From Octopus sinensis (Eukaryota): a stretch of DNA of 64,000 nt. Below the pieces are notes generated by a model that worked only from the letters and a program-made list of their open reading frames with translations, was not told the DNA's origin and searched no databases. The stretch is from the NCBI RefSeq assembly GCF_006345805.1, contig NC_043003.1, positions 25,172,001-25,236,000 of the forward strand. The letters run 5' to 3'. This document shows positions 41,277 to 54,344 of this stretch, in pieces (position 1 is the first letter of the stretch; the number at the start of each line of letters is the position of its first letter). The position numbers and the translations under genes are program-made.

Positions 41277-42069
41277 TACATATATATGAATGTATTCATA
41301 TATACAAAAATACGTATATATATTATATTACACACATACACATTCACACGCACATATGTATATATAGCAAAAGGTATATAAACTACTTGAACGATAGGTG
41401 AAAATAGCTGACATTCCAGGAGAATTTAATACCTGTTTTTTCACTGAATTGTCAGGTGTGACATTGGGAAATGTCAGGCCCACAATACAGGAAAGATATC
41501 ATATGTACACTTGGCCTCGCTTGGCCTCGGTTTCTGACAACCTGCCTTCTGTTCTGTACCGGTTGAGATTATAAAACAACAATAAAAATAAATAAAATGT
41601 AAAGAAGATCGTCTGGATTTTGTGAAGATTAGCAACTCAACCTGAAGGGAAAAAATGGAGTCGAGGGTTAGGGTTGGTTATGTTACTAGCTTTGTCGTTA
41701 GTGTTATACGGTGTCGTCGTTTGAGGCTGCGGTGGTGGACGTAGTGGTGTTAGTGGTAGTGGAAGCGATGAGGGGTGAAAAAGTGGGCGGTTGTGTGATT
41801 AAAGTAGAAAATTGAGGAAATGTTGTTTTAGCTGTTCTTATTGTTGTTTAGCCCCCGGGTAACTTCTGGTTTAGCAGACCTGTGATCAAAGGCATTCCAG
41901 CCATGACTAACTACCTATTTTTAAAGTTATCATCTAGTACAGAGGTTCTCAGTGTGGGCAGTCGAAGGACGCGTTAGGCTTTCGGGGGAGGGGGCGGTGA
42001 GGTAACAACGAATCATACTGGCCCAAAATGCAAAGCAAGTATTTTCAGCGTTTTCTTTTATTCGATTAT

Positions 42070-42601
42070 TCTTTAATTTGTTTCAGTCATTTGACTGCGG
42101 CCATGCTGGAGCACTGCTTTTAGTCGAGCAAATCGACCCCAGGACTTATTCTTTGTAAGACTAGTACTTAGTCTATCAGTCTCTCTTGCAGAACCGCTAA
42201 GTGACGGGGACGTAAACACACCAGCATCGGTTGTCAAGCGATGTTGGGGGGACAAACACACACACATATATACGACGGGCTTCTTTCTGTTTCCGTCTAC
42301 CAAATCCACTCACAAGGCTTTAATCGGCCCGAGGCTATAGTAGAAGACACTTGGCCTAGGTGCCACGCAGTGGGACTGAACCCGGAACCATGTGGCTGGT
42401 AAGCAAGCTACTTATCACACAGCCACTCCACTCCTGGAGAATTATTTATTTTCTTTGGCATGAAATTAAATTATTCTCCATTGCTTTTCCTTCTTCGTTT
42501 TTAATAGAGAAAGGATTCACCGCGGTGTCATAGTTGCTGACTAAGCAACGAAATAAATTTGCAATAAGTCTAAGAGGAGACTTACGACTTCTTTTGACTA
42601 C

Positions 42602-42666
<65 letters not shown>

Positions 42667-43060
42667 TTTTATTCTTGTACTTGTTTCAGTCATTTGATTG
42701 CGGCGATTCTGGAGCACCGTCTTAAAGGGCTTTTTAGTCGAAGAAATCAACCCCAGGACTTATACTTTGTAAGCCTAGTACTTAGTCTATCCGTCACCTT
42801 TGTCGAACCGCTAATTTACGGGTACGTAAACACACCAACATCGGTTGTAAACAATAGTGGCTGGACACACACACACACACAAATATATATATATATATAT
42901 ATACGACGGGCTTCTTTCAGTTTCCGTCTACCAAATCCACTCACAGGGCTTTGGTCGGCCCGTGGCTATAGTCGAAGACACTAACCCATGGTGCCATGCA
43001 GTGGGACTGAACCCGGAACTATGTGGTTGGGAAACAAGCTTCTTACCACACAACTACGCC
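42070..43060 (-). mobile_element. Two SINE family A copies (~42070-42430 and ~42665-43060)
   Basis: Reverse-complement matches to the family A consensus. Confidence 0.85.
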
Positions 43061-43170
43061 TAAGCCTTAATAAAGAGAAAACGGAGAAAAAAATACAAGA
43101 AAAAAATAACAACGCGAGGACGTGGTACATGCAAATTATTAATAAGACGCTCAGAGAAGGAAAGAAGTGT

Positions 43171-43205
43171 GTTTTTTGTTTCGAGCAAAACTCTTCTTCA
43201 GAAAC
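43171..43205 (-). ncRNA. Degenerate minimal hammerhead motif in a short repeat element
   Basis: Reverse complement GTTT-CTGAAGA-A-GAGTTTTGCTC-GAAAC-AAA-AAAC; stem I GTTT/AAAC is intact but the cleavage triplet is not NUH. Confidence 0.5.
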
Positions 43206-43702
43206 AGGAGACAGAGGAAAGTCCAAGAGAGAAGGAAGATGGAAGAAATAAAGTCGCCAACAGTCCACATGTGGTTACATTTTGGAATATACATATATGT
43301 GTGTGTATGTATGTGTGTGTGTGTATATTTATGCGTGTGTGTTTTTGTGTATGTGTTTGTTCCCTCACCAGCATTTGATAACCGATGCTGGTGTGTTTAA
43401 ATCGCCGTAACTTAGCGGTTTGGCAAGAGAGAACGATAGAATATGTACTACGTTTATAAAGAATAAGTTTTGGAGTCGATTTCTTCGACTAGAAAACCCT
43501 TTAAGGCCGCAGTCCAGCATGGCTGCAGTCAAATGGCTGAAATAAATAAAATAGTAATCTCCATGTTTAGTTAGTTTGTCTCACTCGGCACTTAGGTGGG
43601 CGTTAGGGATAAGAGCTATTTAGAAGGCGGGTGGGGTGGCTATAAAAAATGGGGTTTAATAACCACTGATTTACTTTGTTCTTTTAATATTTAAGACGTT
43701 AA

Positions 43703-44100
43703 AGGCGGCGAGCTGGCAGAAACGTTAAGCACGCCGGGCGAAATGCTTAGCGGTATTTCGTCTACCGTTACGTTCTGAGTTCAAATTCCGTCGAGGTCGA
43801 CTTTGCCTTTCAACCTTTCTGGGGCGATTAAATAAGTACCAGTTACGCACTGGGGTCGATGTATTCGACTTAATCCGTTTGTCTGTCCTTGTTTGTCCCC
43901 TCTGTGTTTAGTTCCTTGTGGGTAGTAAAAAAATAGGTATTTTTTTAATGTTCTGAGTTCAAATTCCGCCGAGGTCGACTTTGCCTTTCATCCTTTCGCG
44001 GTCGATAAATTAAGTACCAGTTGCGAACTGGGGTCGATATAATCGGCTGGCCCCTCCCCCAAAAATTTCGGGCCTTTTGCCTAGAGTAGCAAAGATTATT
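43703..44100 (+). mobile_element. SINE family B dimer with an internal B2 tail
   Basis: Head-body-B2 tail-GGTATT..-body-standard tail. Confidence 0.8.
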
Positions 44101-46094
44101 TAAGACATTAGAATGTGGCGAGATGGGTGAATCGTTAGTATGATGGACAAAATTCTCAGCGGTATTTCTTCCGGCTTTACGTTGAGTTCGAATGCTACCG
44201 CGGTTGACTTTGCCTTTCATCGTTTTGGGGGTCGATAAAACAAATGATAGTTGAGCACTGGAGTCTACGTAATCGACTCGATCCTCCCCACCCCAAATTG
44301 CTGCCCTTGCGCCAAAATTTGAACTAATGTGTGATTTGATGGAAAATAAACGGCTGTTTCTAGCAGGTCGTGTGACCACGTAGAAACTACTTCAAATGAG
44401 TGGTGGTAGTAGTAGTGTTGATTGTAGTAGTAGGGGTTACAATGCTACATGTCATAATGTTAGTAGGCGATAATTGTTGTTGCTGTCATTGTTGCTGTTT
44501 AGCTCAAGGTCAACCCTGAATGAACAGACATATGATCAAAGACGTTCTTCCTCTAGCCATTTCATCCTTTATCTTGACTTTGTTCAACGAAAGCCGCTCA
44601 TTGCAGTCAAGGTTAATGTTATCGAACGGTTATTGTTATCAAAATTATTAGGTCCCAAACATGTTCAGGATATTGTTATATACTCCGCTTAATGTTATAA
44701 ACTGGACACTTTGATCTGAAAGGCTTCGTCCCACAGTGATCAGAATAAGCAGCTTCTACTTCATAACTTATGCTACAAGCCGATAATGCAGCCGCTGTTG
44801 TAATTTCACACACACAGTCACTGAAAATGTCTGCAGACTTCCAGTGGCAAAAAGCTATACTATTCCTTTCAGCTATTTCTGACGATTGCCAGGGTTGCTT
44901 ACTCAACTCCCTGGAATGAAACCAATTGATAAAATGGCTGTTGTACTTTGTTTATTTTCTGACTCATGAATTTATAGACAACTATATATATATATATATA
45001 AAAGAACAAAGTATACGTACGCCCCTACATATATATATATGTAATATACAAAATGGGATAAGAACGCTAAACATCCGGACAATTAGGTGATACAAAAAGG
45101 GACAACAAAACATCCAGATAAACGATACAAAAAAACAAGGACGGGTCATTCGAAGCTTTCTATCCTCAGTCAAGAACCAGATCATCCTCGCAATTTCGGC
45201 TGATTAATCTTGAGATTGCTCCAATCTGGCCAGCCCCAAGGAAAAAACTAAGCTAAGAGCATTAGATTCCTTGGAAGAAAGCATCGAATGTATACGGAAA
45301 CAAGGACGGAAAACAGACAATGATTATTATTAGTAGTAGTATTATTTTTATTATATTTATTTTGTATTTATATTTGTGTAACATTGTCTGTTTTACCGTC
45401 CTTGTTTTCGTATACATTCGATGCTTTCTTCCAAGGGATCTAATGCTCTTAGCATTACGTAGCGGCATTTCGTCCGTATTTAGGGTTCTGAGTACAAATT
45501 TCGCCGAGGTGGACTTTGCTTCTCATCCCTTCGAGGTCGATGAGTACCGGCTGAACACTGAGGTCAATGTAATCGACAATCCCTCTCCCACAAAATTTCA
45601 GGCCTTGAGCCTTTAGTAGAAAGGATATTCATTCATAGAATTGTAATGTATACGCAGAGTCGGTAGAGTACCGGACAAAATAACTTTAGTTGGTCTTTAG
45701 TTCCGTCCTTTTACATTCTAAGTTAAAACCCTCGCCTTTCTGTTCTCCGGGGTTGATAAAATAAATACGAGTCGATGTGAACCGATTGCACACCAAGCTA
45801 GTGCTTCTTTTGAATTTAGTATCACCATTTAGAGATAGGGTTATTGTGCTTAACTAAGAGTCATTGTATAGAAGCTAGTGTCTGTCTAAGTCCATCGTTT
45901 ATGTCTATATATCTAATCTAAGTGCTCATGTGAAAGTTCCTGTGTCGGTGCGCAATGATGCAGAAACGCAAAAGGACGTCATTCATAGCCCAATGTGTTT
46001 TCACACATTTCCCCCTAGATTCGAGTTTCTGCATTAATGTGCAAATAAATTAATTTGCCATCCGTGCTTCTTCAGTTAGGGCGCTAAGATTAAT

Positions 46095-47393
46095 GCATAT
46101 TTATATAGCACGGAGGATACACGTGCTACATACTTAGTATGTTCTTAGTCTTCAGAAATGACTTGCCCGACGACCTCACGCAACACACCCTTCTATTTGC
46201 CGACGATATCAAACTGGTCGCTCCTCGCGGTAATATAGAGGATCTTCGTCGATGCCTCCACCAAATTTGGAAGTGGTCTAACGATTGGGACCTGTGTCTG
46301 AACGTGTCAAAGTGCTGTCATCTGCCTGTCGGCTCTACTCCTGCAACTCAACTTGATTTCGAGCCGGGTCGTCTGCTGCTGGAGAGGACCGATCAGGTAA
46401 AGGACCTAGGTATCTTGGTGGATTCCTCCTTTTCGCCTTCGGCCCAGTGCGTCCATGCTGCCAACAAAGCACGCGGAATTCTGTTCTTGATTCGACGGTC
46501 GTTCGGAATGCTCACAGCAGCCATATTCCTACCACTCTATGTCACGCTGGTGAGACCCATATTGGAATATGGGATTCAAGCCTCTTCTCCGTATCTCCTC
46601 AAAGACATACAGCATCTCGAAAGAGTCCAGAAGCTGGCTACCCGCATGGTTCATGGTCTCAAAAATTTGTCCTACGAAGAAAGGCTGAGGACGCTCGACC
46701 TTTATTCTCTTGAAAAACGCCGCCGCCGTAGTGATCTCATTCTCGCCCACAACATCATAAGCGGAAAGTGTAACCTCTCGAAAGAGCTGTTCTTCACTCC
46801 TGCTCCAGAGCGTCGGCTGCGGGGTCATTCCGAAAAGCTCTACCTGCGACGATTTCATCTCAATCGAAGGAGAGGAGCTTTCTCCGTCCGGGTTGCGGAT
46901 CCGTGGAATAAGCTGCCAGAGGAGATGGTGAAGATGCCGACGACCGCTTTGTTCAAAGCCTCCCTGGACCTCAAGTGGCCTGAACTCTTTACATGAACAC
47001 CACCCTGTACTTAACTCCATGTCCCCCTACATGGCCTTGCTATTTGCTTTTGAGCCAAATTAACTAACTAACTAACTTATAAATTCTAGTTTTTCAAATT
47101 CACAGTGCAAGCGCAGTCAAAGGTCAGTTCTTTTGTGTATAAACTTTATATGAAAAATATGTTAACTATTGACTTTATTACGCATGCTGGCCACCGGTAG
47201 AAAATTTCTCTAAATTTTCTACCCTTATTATTTTCATAGTAAAATTTTCGAAGTTTCGAAGCCCTTTGATACGCAGTTTTAATTTTTTATTATTATTTGC
47301 TGCTGAATGTAACTGCTCTTGCGCGGTGGATTTGAAAAAAACTAGGATGTATAAGTATGTAGCATGTTTATCCTCCGTGCTGCATAAATATGT
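46095..47393. mobile_element. Inverted-repeat MITE whose left arm is interrupted by a LINE
   Basis: GCACGGAGGATACACGTGCTACATACTTA|LINE|TAAATTCTAGTTTTTCAAATTCACAGTGCAAG matches the reverse complement of 47317-47393. Confidence 0.7.
46137..47078 (+). mobile_element. Young 5'-truncated CR1/L2/Jockey-group LINE with an open RT C-terminal ORF (46139-46996) and a (TAAC)n tail
   Basis: LLFADDIKL, KDLGILVD, LYVTLVRPILEYG, LERVQKLATRMV, LSYEERL..LYSLEKRRRRSDLI, RGH..L, FSVRVADPWNKLP; tail TAACTAACTAACTAAC. Confidence 0.93.
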
Positions 47394-47701
47394 ATGTGCA
47401 TGTGCGTATAGAGATGTCAATATGAACTTAATGATGGTGCATGTGTATATATACGTGTGTATGTGCGTGTATCAGTGTATTGTATGTATGTATGTTTACA
47501 TATATATAGACATATATATATGTGTGTGTGTTTGTATGTATATGTACACGCGTGAGTGAGTATGTATTTATATATATATATATATATATATATTCACATG
47601 TGTGTGTGCGTAAGTGTATGTATATGTGTACATGTGTGCATATGCAGATTCTATGAACGAAACTCTAGGACCTTGAGTCACTCTGTTGCCTCTGCAAAAT
47701 A

Positions 47702-47762
<61 letters not shown>

Positions 47763-47845
47763 TATATATGTATGTATGTATGTATATATACACACATACA
47801 CATGCACATGTAAGTGGTGTGTGTGTGTTTGTGCGTGCGTGCGTA

Positions 47846-48060
47846 TAGGATCTTCTGTTTAGGTTTTGTGTGTAAGTCCTTGCGTCTATGCATTAAGGTC
47901 TTATGTTTAAGTTTTTGTACCTAAGTCCGTAAATCTAGATCCTTGTTTACAAGCTCTTGCGCCTGATTCCTTCAATCCAAGTCATTGCACTTTAGTCTTC
48001 GTATCAAGTCTGGAAATTTACGTTCCTGTGCCTATTTTTTGTGTCTAGGCCCTTTTGATT
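47846..48060. repeat. Degenerate 14-bp minisatellite, ~15 units (consensus ~TAAGTCCTTGYGTC)
   Basis: Units TAAGTCCTTGCGTC, TAAGGTCTTATGTT, TAAGTTTTTGTACC, TAAGTCCGTAAATC, TAGATCCTTGTTTA, CAAGCTCTTGCGCC, etc. Confidence 0.65.
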
Positions 48061-49381
48061 GCATAAATATCTTCATTTACTCATGCAAGTATACATGAAA
48101 ATGAGTATCTTTAAGCTGTCGAAAACAAAATCGCAATGTTTGAAGAATTCCGTTGTGTTTGTTTTGATTTGTCGCTGAATTAAATTTGAAAGTAATATTA
48201 CTGATCAATAAGCAAGAGAAGGAATATTATTCACGGATGACTAAATGGCCTGATTATATCTCTATTGTTTCCAAATTTTCCCATGAGCAATGTTTTACAT
48301 TATACATACGAAACCTCCAAAATCATATTTAGTTAAACACATGCATACGTACGTACGTACGTACGTATGTACGTATGTATGTACGTATGTACGTATGTAT
48401 GTATGTATGTATGTATGTATGTGATCACGTGATCACGTGACCGACCGGTCCATCAGATGTAGTTACACATCGCATTGTTTTAGCATTCGAATGACGCCAC
48501 CCCGCTGGCTAAGCGAGCAGGCCAACAGAAGAAAGAGTGAGAGAAAGAGTGGTGAAAGAGTACAGCAGGGATCACCACCCCCTGCCGGAGCCTCGTGGAG
48601 CTTTTAGGTGTTTTCGCTCAATAAACACTCACAACGCCCGGTCTGGGAATCGAAACCGCGATCCTACGACCGCGAGTCCGCTGCCCTAACCACTGGGCCA
48701 TTGCGCCTCCACACGTATGTATGTATCTTCTATTCTTCAATTAATATAATTTTTCCACTGAGGAGGGAGCCGGTTTCCAACAAAGATACAAGGCTCCGTG
48801 TTTGGGATGTAGTTAACACAGATAAATTCACATTTGGAACTTGAGAAAAGTTTTACATATTTCTACTGTTCCACTCACAGATTAGACTTGCAATGTACAA
48901 ATTAGCCGGTCGATTTCTCCTTCTGAAAATCCCAGTTTATCCAGATTCTCCTTTATGTATGTATGTATGTATGCATGTATGTATGTATGTATGTACGCAC
49001 GCACGCACGTACGTATGTATGCATGCATGTATGTATAACTATTTATATGTACACATTCGCACACACTAATTTAATCTTTGATCCGTAATCTATAAAGCAT
49101 TTCATATTTTCTCTATAAGTACGCAATCTTTCTTTTCAACAAGACAGAATTCACAGACGTTTTTGGAGTAAGAAGACAAGAAAAATAACGAAGAATCTTT
49201 TAACCATAAGTTCAAAAAAAGAAGAAAATTGAAAGAGCTGTCATTTTTTTTACTGTCTGTATGCATTATTGAATGTATGTATGCGTATACGTATTCAAAC
49301 GAACACATACACAAATAAATGATATATCTCTGTATACATTCATACATACATACATACATACATACATACATACATGCATAC

Positions 49382-49414
<33 letters not shown>

Positions 49415-49425
49415 ATATATATATA

Positions 49426-49469
<44 letters not shown>

Positions 49470-51081
49470 TGATAAAACGGTAAGATAACAAAAGAAAGAA
49501 AGAGACCTCAATATTATGTAAACAGAGGAAATTATCTATACAATATGTTACATTACTCGGTAGTCAAGATAAAACTCTGAGTTTCAGATGCCGAAGTGGA
49601 AATCCACAACACCATCTCTTCGGTTATCTGGCTATTTGAAAACGTTATGAAAAAATACCGTTAAAAATGAAGGGAAATTACTCTGTTATAACTCTGCTTT
49701 GCCTGCGTACTTATACATCGCTCGCATTTTTCGTCATAAAAATTATATAAAAATACATAAAAATATATAAAAATATATAAAAAATATAAAATCTTCTTGG
49801 GACATAACACAGAAAGCATGTTCTATCCGTTTTCTTTAGGGGACCAAAAACGTAACAGAAATTTAGTCACATGTGGGCATGATCCGAAAAGCTCTGTCCT
49901 TGTATTTAGACATGTGGTAGGGTCTAAGCTGCTTTTCCAGATAAGCCATCTCTCCATGTCGCATAAACCGCACCTTCCGCTGCCGTTAGTATAGGGCTTA
50001 CATCTGGCCAAAATCTTCCATTGTATGTTATAATCGACACCTTTATCTCTTAAAGACCAAATATGATTGGATAATTGTGTCGCTTTTCTTTTGTTCCAGT
50101 GCCTAAAGCTCAAAGTGTGGTTATTGAACCTGGCCTTGAAATTACCCTCTGTCAGGCCCACGTATTTCTTCGTCGAAACGGTGTCTTTAGTGGTTATAGA
50201 GTTTACGGTAGCTTCATATATGATGGTCTTGGACATGCAAGCTCCATTTAGCGGGCACAATTCTTTATTCCTGCATGAACAGCTGTTTTCTTCTTGTGTT
50301 TTTTGTATGTTATGATTGATTATGTTTTTAAAATTGGTAGTTGAACTAAAACTAATTTTTAAATTGTGTCTATTAAAGAGTTTCCTATAAGCATGGTTAA
50401 CTGGAAAATGTCTATCTATCAGTGCTAGGAAATATTTACCTATATTGAAGGCCACCTCGGGTGAGTAAGGGGGCGTAAACCAGATGACCTTCCTATTTCT
50501 ATTATTCCTTTTCCTTATTGTTGGGCTGGTGATAGGTGTATATTTTATTTTTTCGCTAAAACCACTATCTTTTAAAGCTTTATTATAAACTAGGGCAACG
50601 CTATTGAAGATGTCCTCATTAGATGAGAGGCTAGAAATCCTCTTACTAAATTTTTAACTAAATTTTTGAATACTATAGGGGGATGGCATGAACCTACATA
50701 ATATAACTTAGTCTATCATTGGGCTTCCTATAAGGCTTATAAATATTATTATTAAGATCTAAGGAAACGTCTAAGAAATTGACAACCGTCAGGTTAGTGT
50801 CTATAGTTATACTAAGTCCGAAGTGTTTCATTAACTGGATAATATCCTTCCTAAAACGATCTTGTGCTGGTCCATTTGTATTAGCTGTTAAGGCGAGGGC
50901 ATCATCTTTGTAGATGGCGAAATGTACGTTAGGGAATGTCTTACCGAAGATATCTAGGAGAAAGAGTCCAATTAGATCACAGATGCCTGCCCCATCATAT
51001 GAACCCATGCTCACATCGAAAGCGCCCTCCGTGTCGGTGTTTTTACCCACTTTGCATTCTCACTGAAAAGTAATGTCTTTC
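49470..51081 (-). mobile_element. Penelope-like element, left arm (5'-truncated RT + GIY-YIG endonuclease + 3' UTR)
   Basis: FDVSMGSYDGAGICDLIG, AIYKDDALA, VNFLDV, YKPYRKPND (RT); CSCRNKELCPLNGAC..IIYEATV..KYVGLTEGNFKARFNNH..CGLC (GIY-YIG of Penelope/Poseidon type). Confidence 0.95.
49561..49634 (-). ncRNA. Variant type I hammerhead ribozyme in the PLE 3' UTR (left arm)
   Basis: Reverse complement of 52536-52609. Confidence 0.6.
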
Positions 51082-51087
51082 TAGCAT

Positions 51088-52634
51088 GAAAGACATTACT
51101 TTTCAGTGAGAATGCAAAGTGGGTAAAAAACACCGACACGGAGGGCGCTTTCGATGTGAGCATGGGTTCATATGATGGGGCAGGCATCTGTGATCTAATT
51201 GGACTCTTTCTCCTAGATATCTTCGGTAAGACATTCCCTAACGTACATTTCGCCATCTACAAAGATGATGCCCTCGCCTTAACAGCTAATACAAATGGAC
51301 CAGCACAAGATCGTTTTAGGAAGGATATTATCCAGTTAATGAAACACTTCGGACTTAGCATAACTATAGACACTAACCTGACGGTTGTCAATTTCTTAGA
51401 CGTTTCCTTAGATCTTAATAATAATATTTATAAGCCTTATAGGAAGCCCAATGATAGACTAAGTTATATTAATGTAGGTTCATGCCATCCCCCTATAGTA
51501 TTCAAAAATTTAGTTAAAAATATTAGTAAGAGGATTTCTAGCCTCTCATCTAATGAGGACATCTTCAATAGCGTTGCCCTAGTTTATAATAAAGCTTTAA
51601 AAGATAGTGGTTTTAGCGAAAAAATAAAATATACACCTATCACCAGCCCAACAATAGGAAAAGGAATAATAGAAATAGGAAGGTCATCTGGTTTACGCCC
51701 CCTACTCACCCGAGGTGGCCTTCAATATAGGTAAATATTTCCTAGCACTGATAGATAGACATTTTCCAGTTAACCATGCTTATAGGAAACTCTTAATAGA
51801 CACAATTTAAAAATTAGTTTTAGTTCAACTACCAATTTTAAAAACATAATCAATCATAACACAAAAAAAACACAAGAAGAAAACAGCTGTTCATGCAGGA
51901 ATAAAGAATTGTGCCCGCTAAATGGAGCTTGCATGTCCAAGACCATCATATATGAAGCTACCGTAAACTCTATAACCACTAAAGACACCGTTTCGACGAA
52001 GAAATACGTGGGCCTGACAGAGGGTAATTTCAAGGCCAGGTTCAATAACCACACTTTGAGCTTTAGGCACTGGAACAAAAGAAAAGCGACACAATTATCC
52101 AATCATATTTGGTCTTTAAGAGATAAAGGTGTCGATTATAACATACAATGGAAGATTTTGGCCAGATGTAAGCCCTATACTAACGGCAGCGGAAGGTGCG
52201 GTTTATGCATGGACAGAGAGATGGCTTATCTGGAAAAGCAGCTTAGACCCTACCACATGTCTAAATACAAGGACAGAGCTTTTCGGATCATGCCCACATG
52301 TGACTAAATTTCTGTTGCGTTTTTGGTCCCCTAAAGAAAACGGATAGAACATGCTTTCTGTGTTATGTCCAAGAAGATTTTATATATTTTTATATATTTT
52401 TATATATTTTTATGTATTTTTATATAATTTTTATGACGAAAAATGCGAGCGATGTATAAGTACGCAGGCAAAGCAGAGTTATAACAGAGTAATTTCCCTT
52501 CATTTTTAACGGTATTTTTTCATAACGTTTTCAAATAGCCAGATAACCGAAGAGATGGTGTTGTGGATTTCCACTTCGGCATCTGAAACTCAGAGTTTTA
52601 TCTTGACTACCGAGTAATGTAACATATTGTATAG

Positions 52635-52637
<3 letters not shown>
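51088..52637 (+). mobile_element. Penelope-like element, right arm (mirror copy)
   Basis: Near-identical reverse complement of 49533-51081; ORFs 51156-51734, 51909-52307 and 52129-52347 are separated by single-base frameshifts. Confidence 0.95.
52536..52609 (+). ncRNA. Variant type I hammerhead ribozyme in the PLE 3' UTR (right arm)
   Basis: Stem I AGATAA/TTATCT; core CCGAAGA (U4C variant); stem II GATG..CATC with inner GTGGA/TCCAC hairpin; an extra T, then GAAACT-CAG-AGT-T (stem III and cleavage triplet). Confidence 0.6.
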
Positions 52638-52724
<87 letters not shown>

Positions 52725-53519
52725 ATATATATATTATGTATATATATTATATATTTATATATATATAAAGGAATTTAAATGGTGTTTTTTTACCTAAACT
52801 AGCTATTTCTGGCGTTCTATGGGTTGATGTACTTTGATTCTTATGAAGCCATATCATAAAATTATATATATATATATATATTCTGTTGTGTCTGGGGAGA
52901 ATCATTCTCTTTTAGTGACTTATAATTTAACGCACTCACCGGTAAAATTTCCACTCATTTCTTTCTTTATTTTTCTAAAATTTTCGTTGCGTCTTAGAAT
53001 CTTTTCAATAGTTTTGACTCTGTCCGTTATTCACACTGCGTTCTTTTTTGTTTGTTTGTGCGCATGTGTGTGGGATAGTGTGTGTGTGTGTGTGCCTATG
53101 CATGCATGCATGTATGTATGTATGTATGTATGTATGTATGTATGTATGTATGCATGCATGCATGCATGCATGTATGTATGTATGTATGTATGTATGTATG
53201 TATGTATGTATGTATGTATGTATGTATGTACGTATGTATGTGTGTATATTTGTATGTATGTATTCTGCATGTTCAAATGTTTGCGTGTCTGTGTTTGTGT
53301 GTTTTTATGAATATACAGAATACATACATACAAATATACACACATTCATACTTATATATTTATGCACACACACACATAATGCATATACACACATGCATAC
53401 TTACATACATACATAAATACATACATACATACATACATACATACATACATACATACATACATACATACATAGTCCCCTACCCCAAATTTCAGGCCTTGTG
53501 CCTATTGTAGAAAGGATTA

Positions 53520-54090
53520 TTATTATTTTATGTTTGACTTTTGCTTTACATTTGTACAAGTTGGCTCCAAGTCTCACCCAGAGACCTCAAGAGACAACAA
53601 GTTGGAAGTTCATGCTGGTGTTATGCCTAGGGTGCCACATATTTGGTTTTGTACATAGTGTTGTTCTAGAGAATGTTTAAGAAACCATAAGAAAATTATG
53701 TTTGTTTTAAAACTTGAGATTACATAGAAAGTATTTTGCGTAAGATATGGGCAGTTCCCATGAGCACTATCTTTTGAATTTCTGCCATTTGGGGGTTTCC
53801 TGTTATCTGAGCTAGGTAGCAATCAGCCCCTTTTGCTATCATTCCCAGGGTACCTATGACAACAGGTATTGTTTTAGTTTTCAGGTTCCACATTTTGCTT
53901 ATTTCTATTTCATGATCTTTATATTTGCTCAGTTTGTGGTAGGTCTTGACAGATACGTTTATATCGGTTGGAACAGTCATATCAATGAGAAGGTATGATT
54001 TTTGCCTGAAGTCTTTCAATATGATGTCTAGCCTATTCGTATCTATCTTTCTGTAGGTTTGAATGGTTCCAGAGGAGTGAGATGTTATCA
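53520..54090 (-). mobile_element. Dong/R4-like retrotransposon 3' end (RLE domain)
   Basis: RKIDTNRLDII..LLIDMTVPTDINV..KLSKYKDHEIEISKMW..IPVVIGTLG..IQKIVLMGTAHILRK; ends in an (AAT) tail. Confidence 0.9.
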
Positions 54091-54241
54091 TTTTCAAGCA
54101 CTGGAGGTGGTTTGCGTTCCCACCAGTTTTTATCATGGGGCAAGTCCAGGCTTTTGCAAATTACCCAGTGAATATTTTGTGCAGCTCTATCATACCTGTT
54201 GAGATACTCTGTCGGCGCAAGAAGACTGCACTTGGAGATAA

Positions 54242-54344
<103 letters not shown>

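Noticed and set aside
46529-47020. 163-aa antisense ORF
   Set aside because: It is a shadow ORF opposite the LINE RT.
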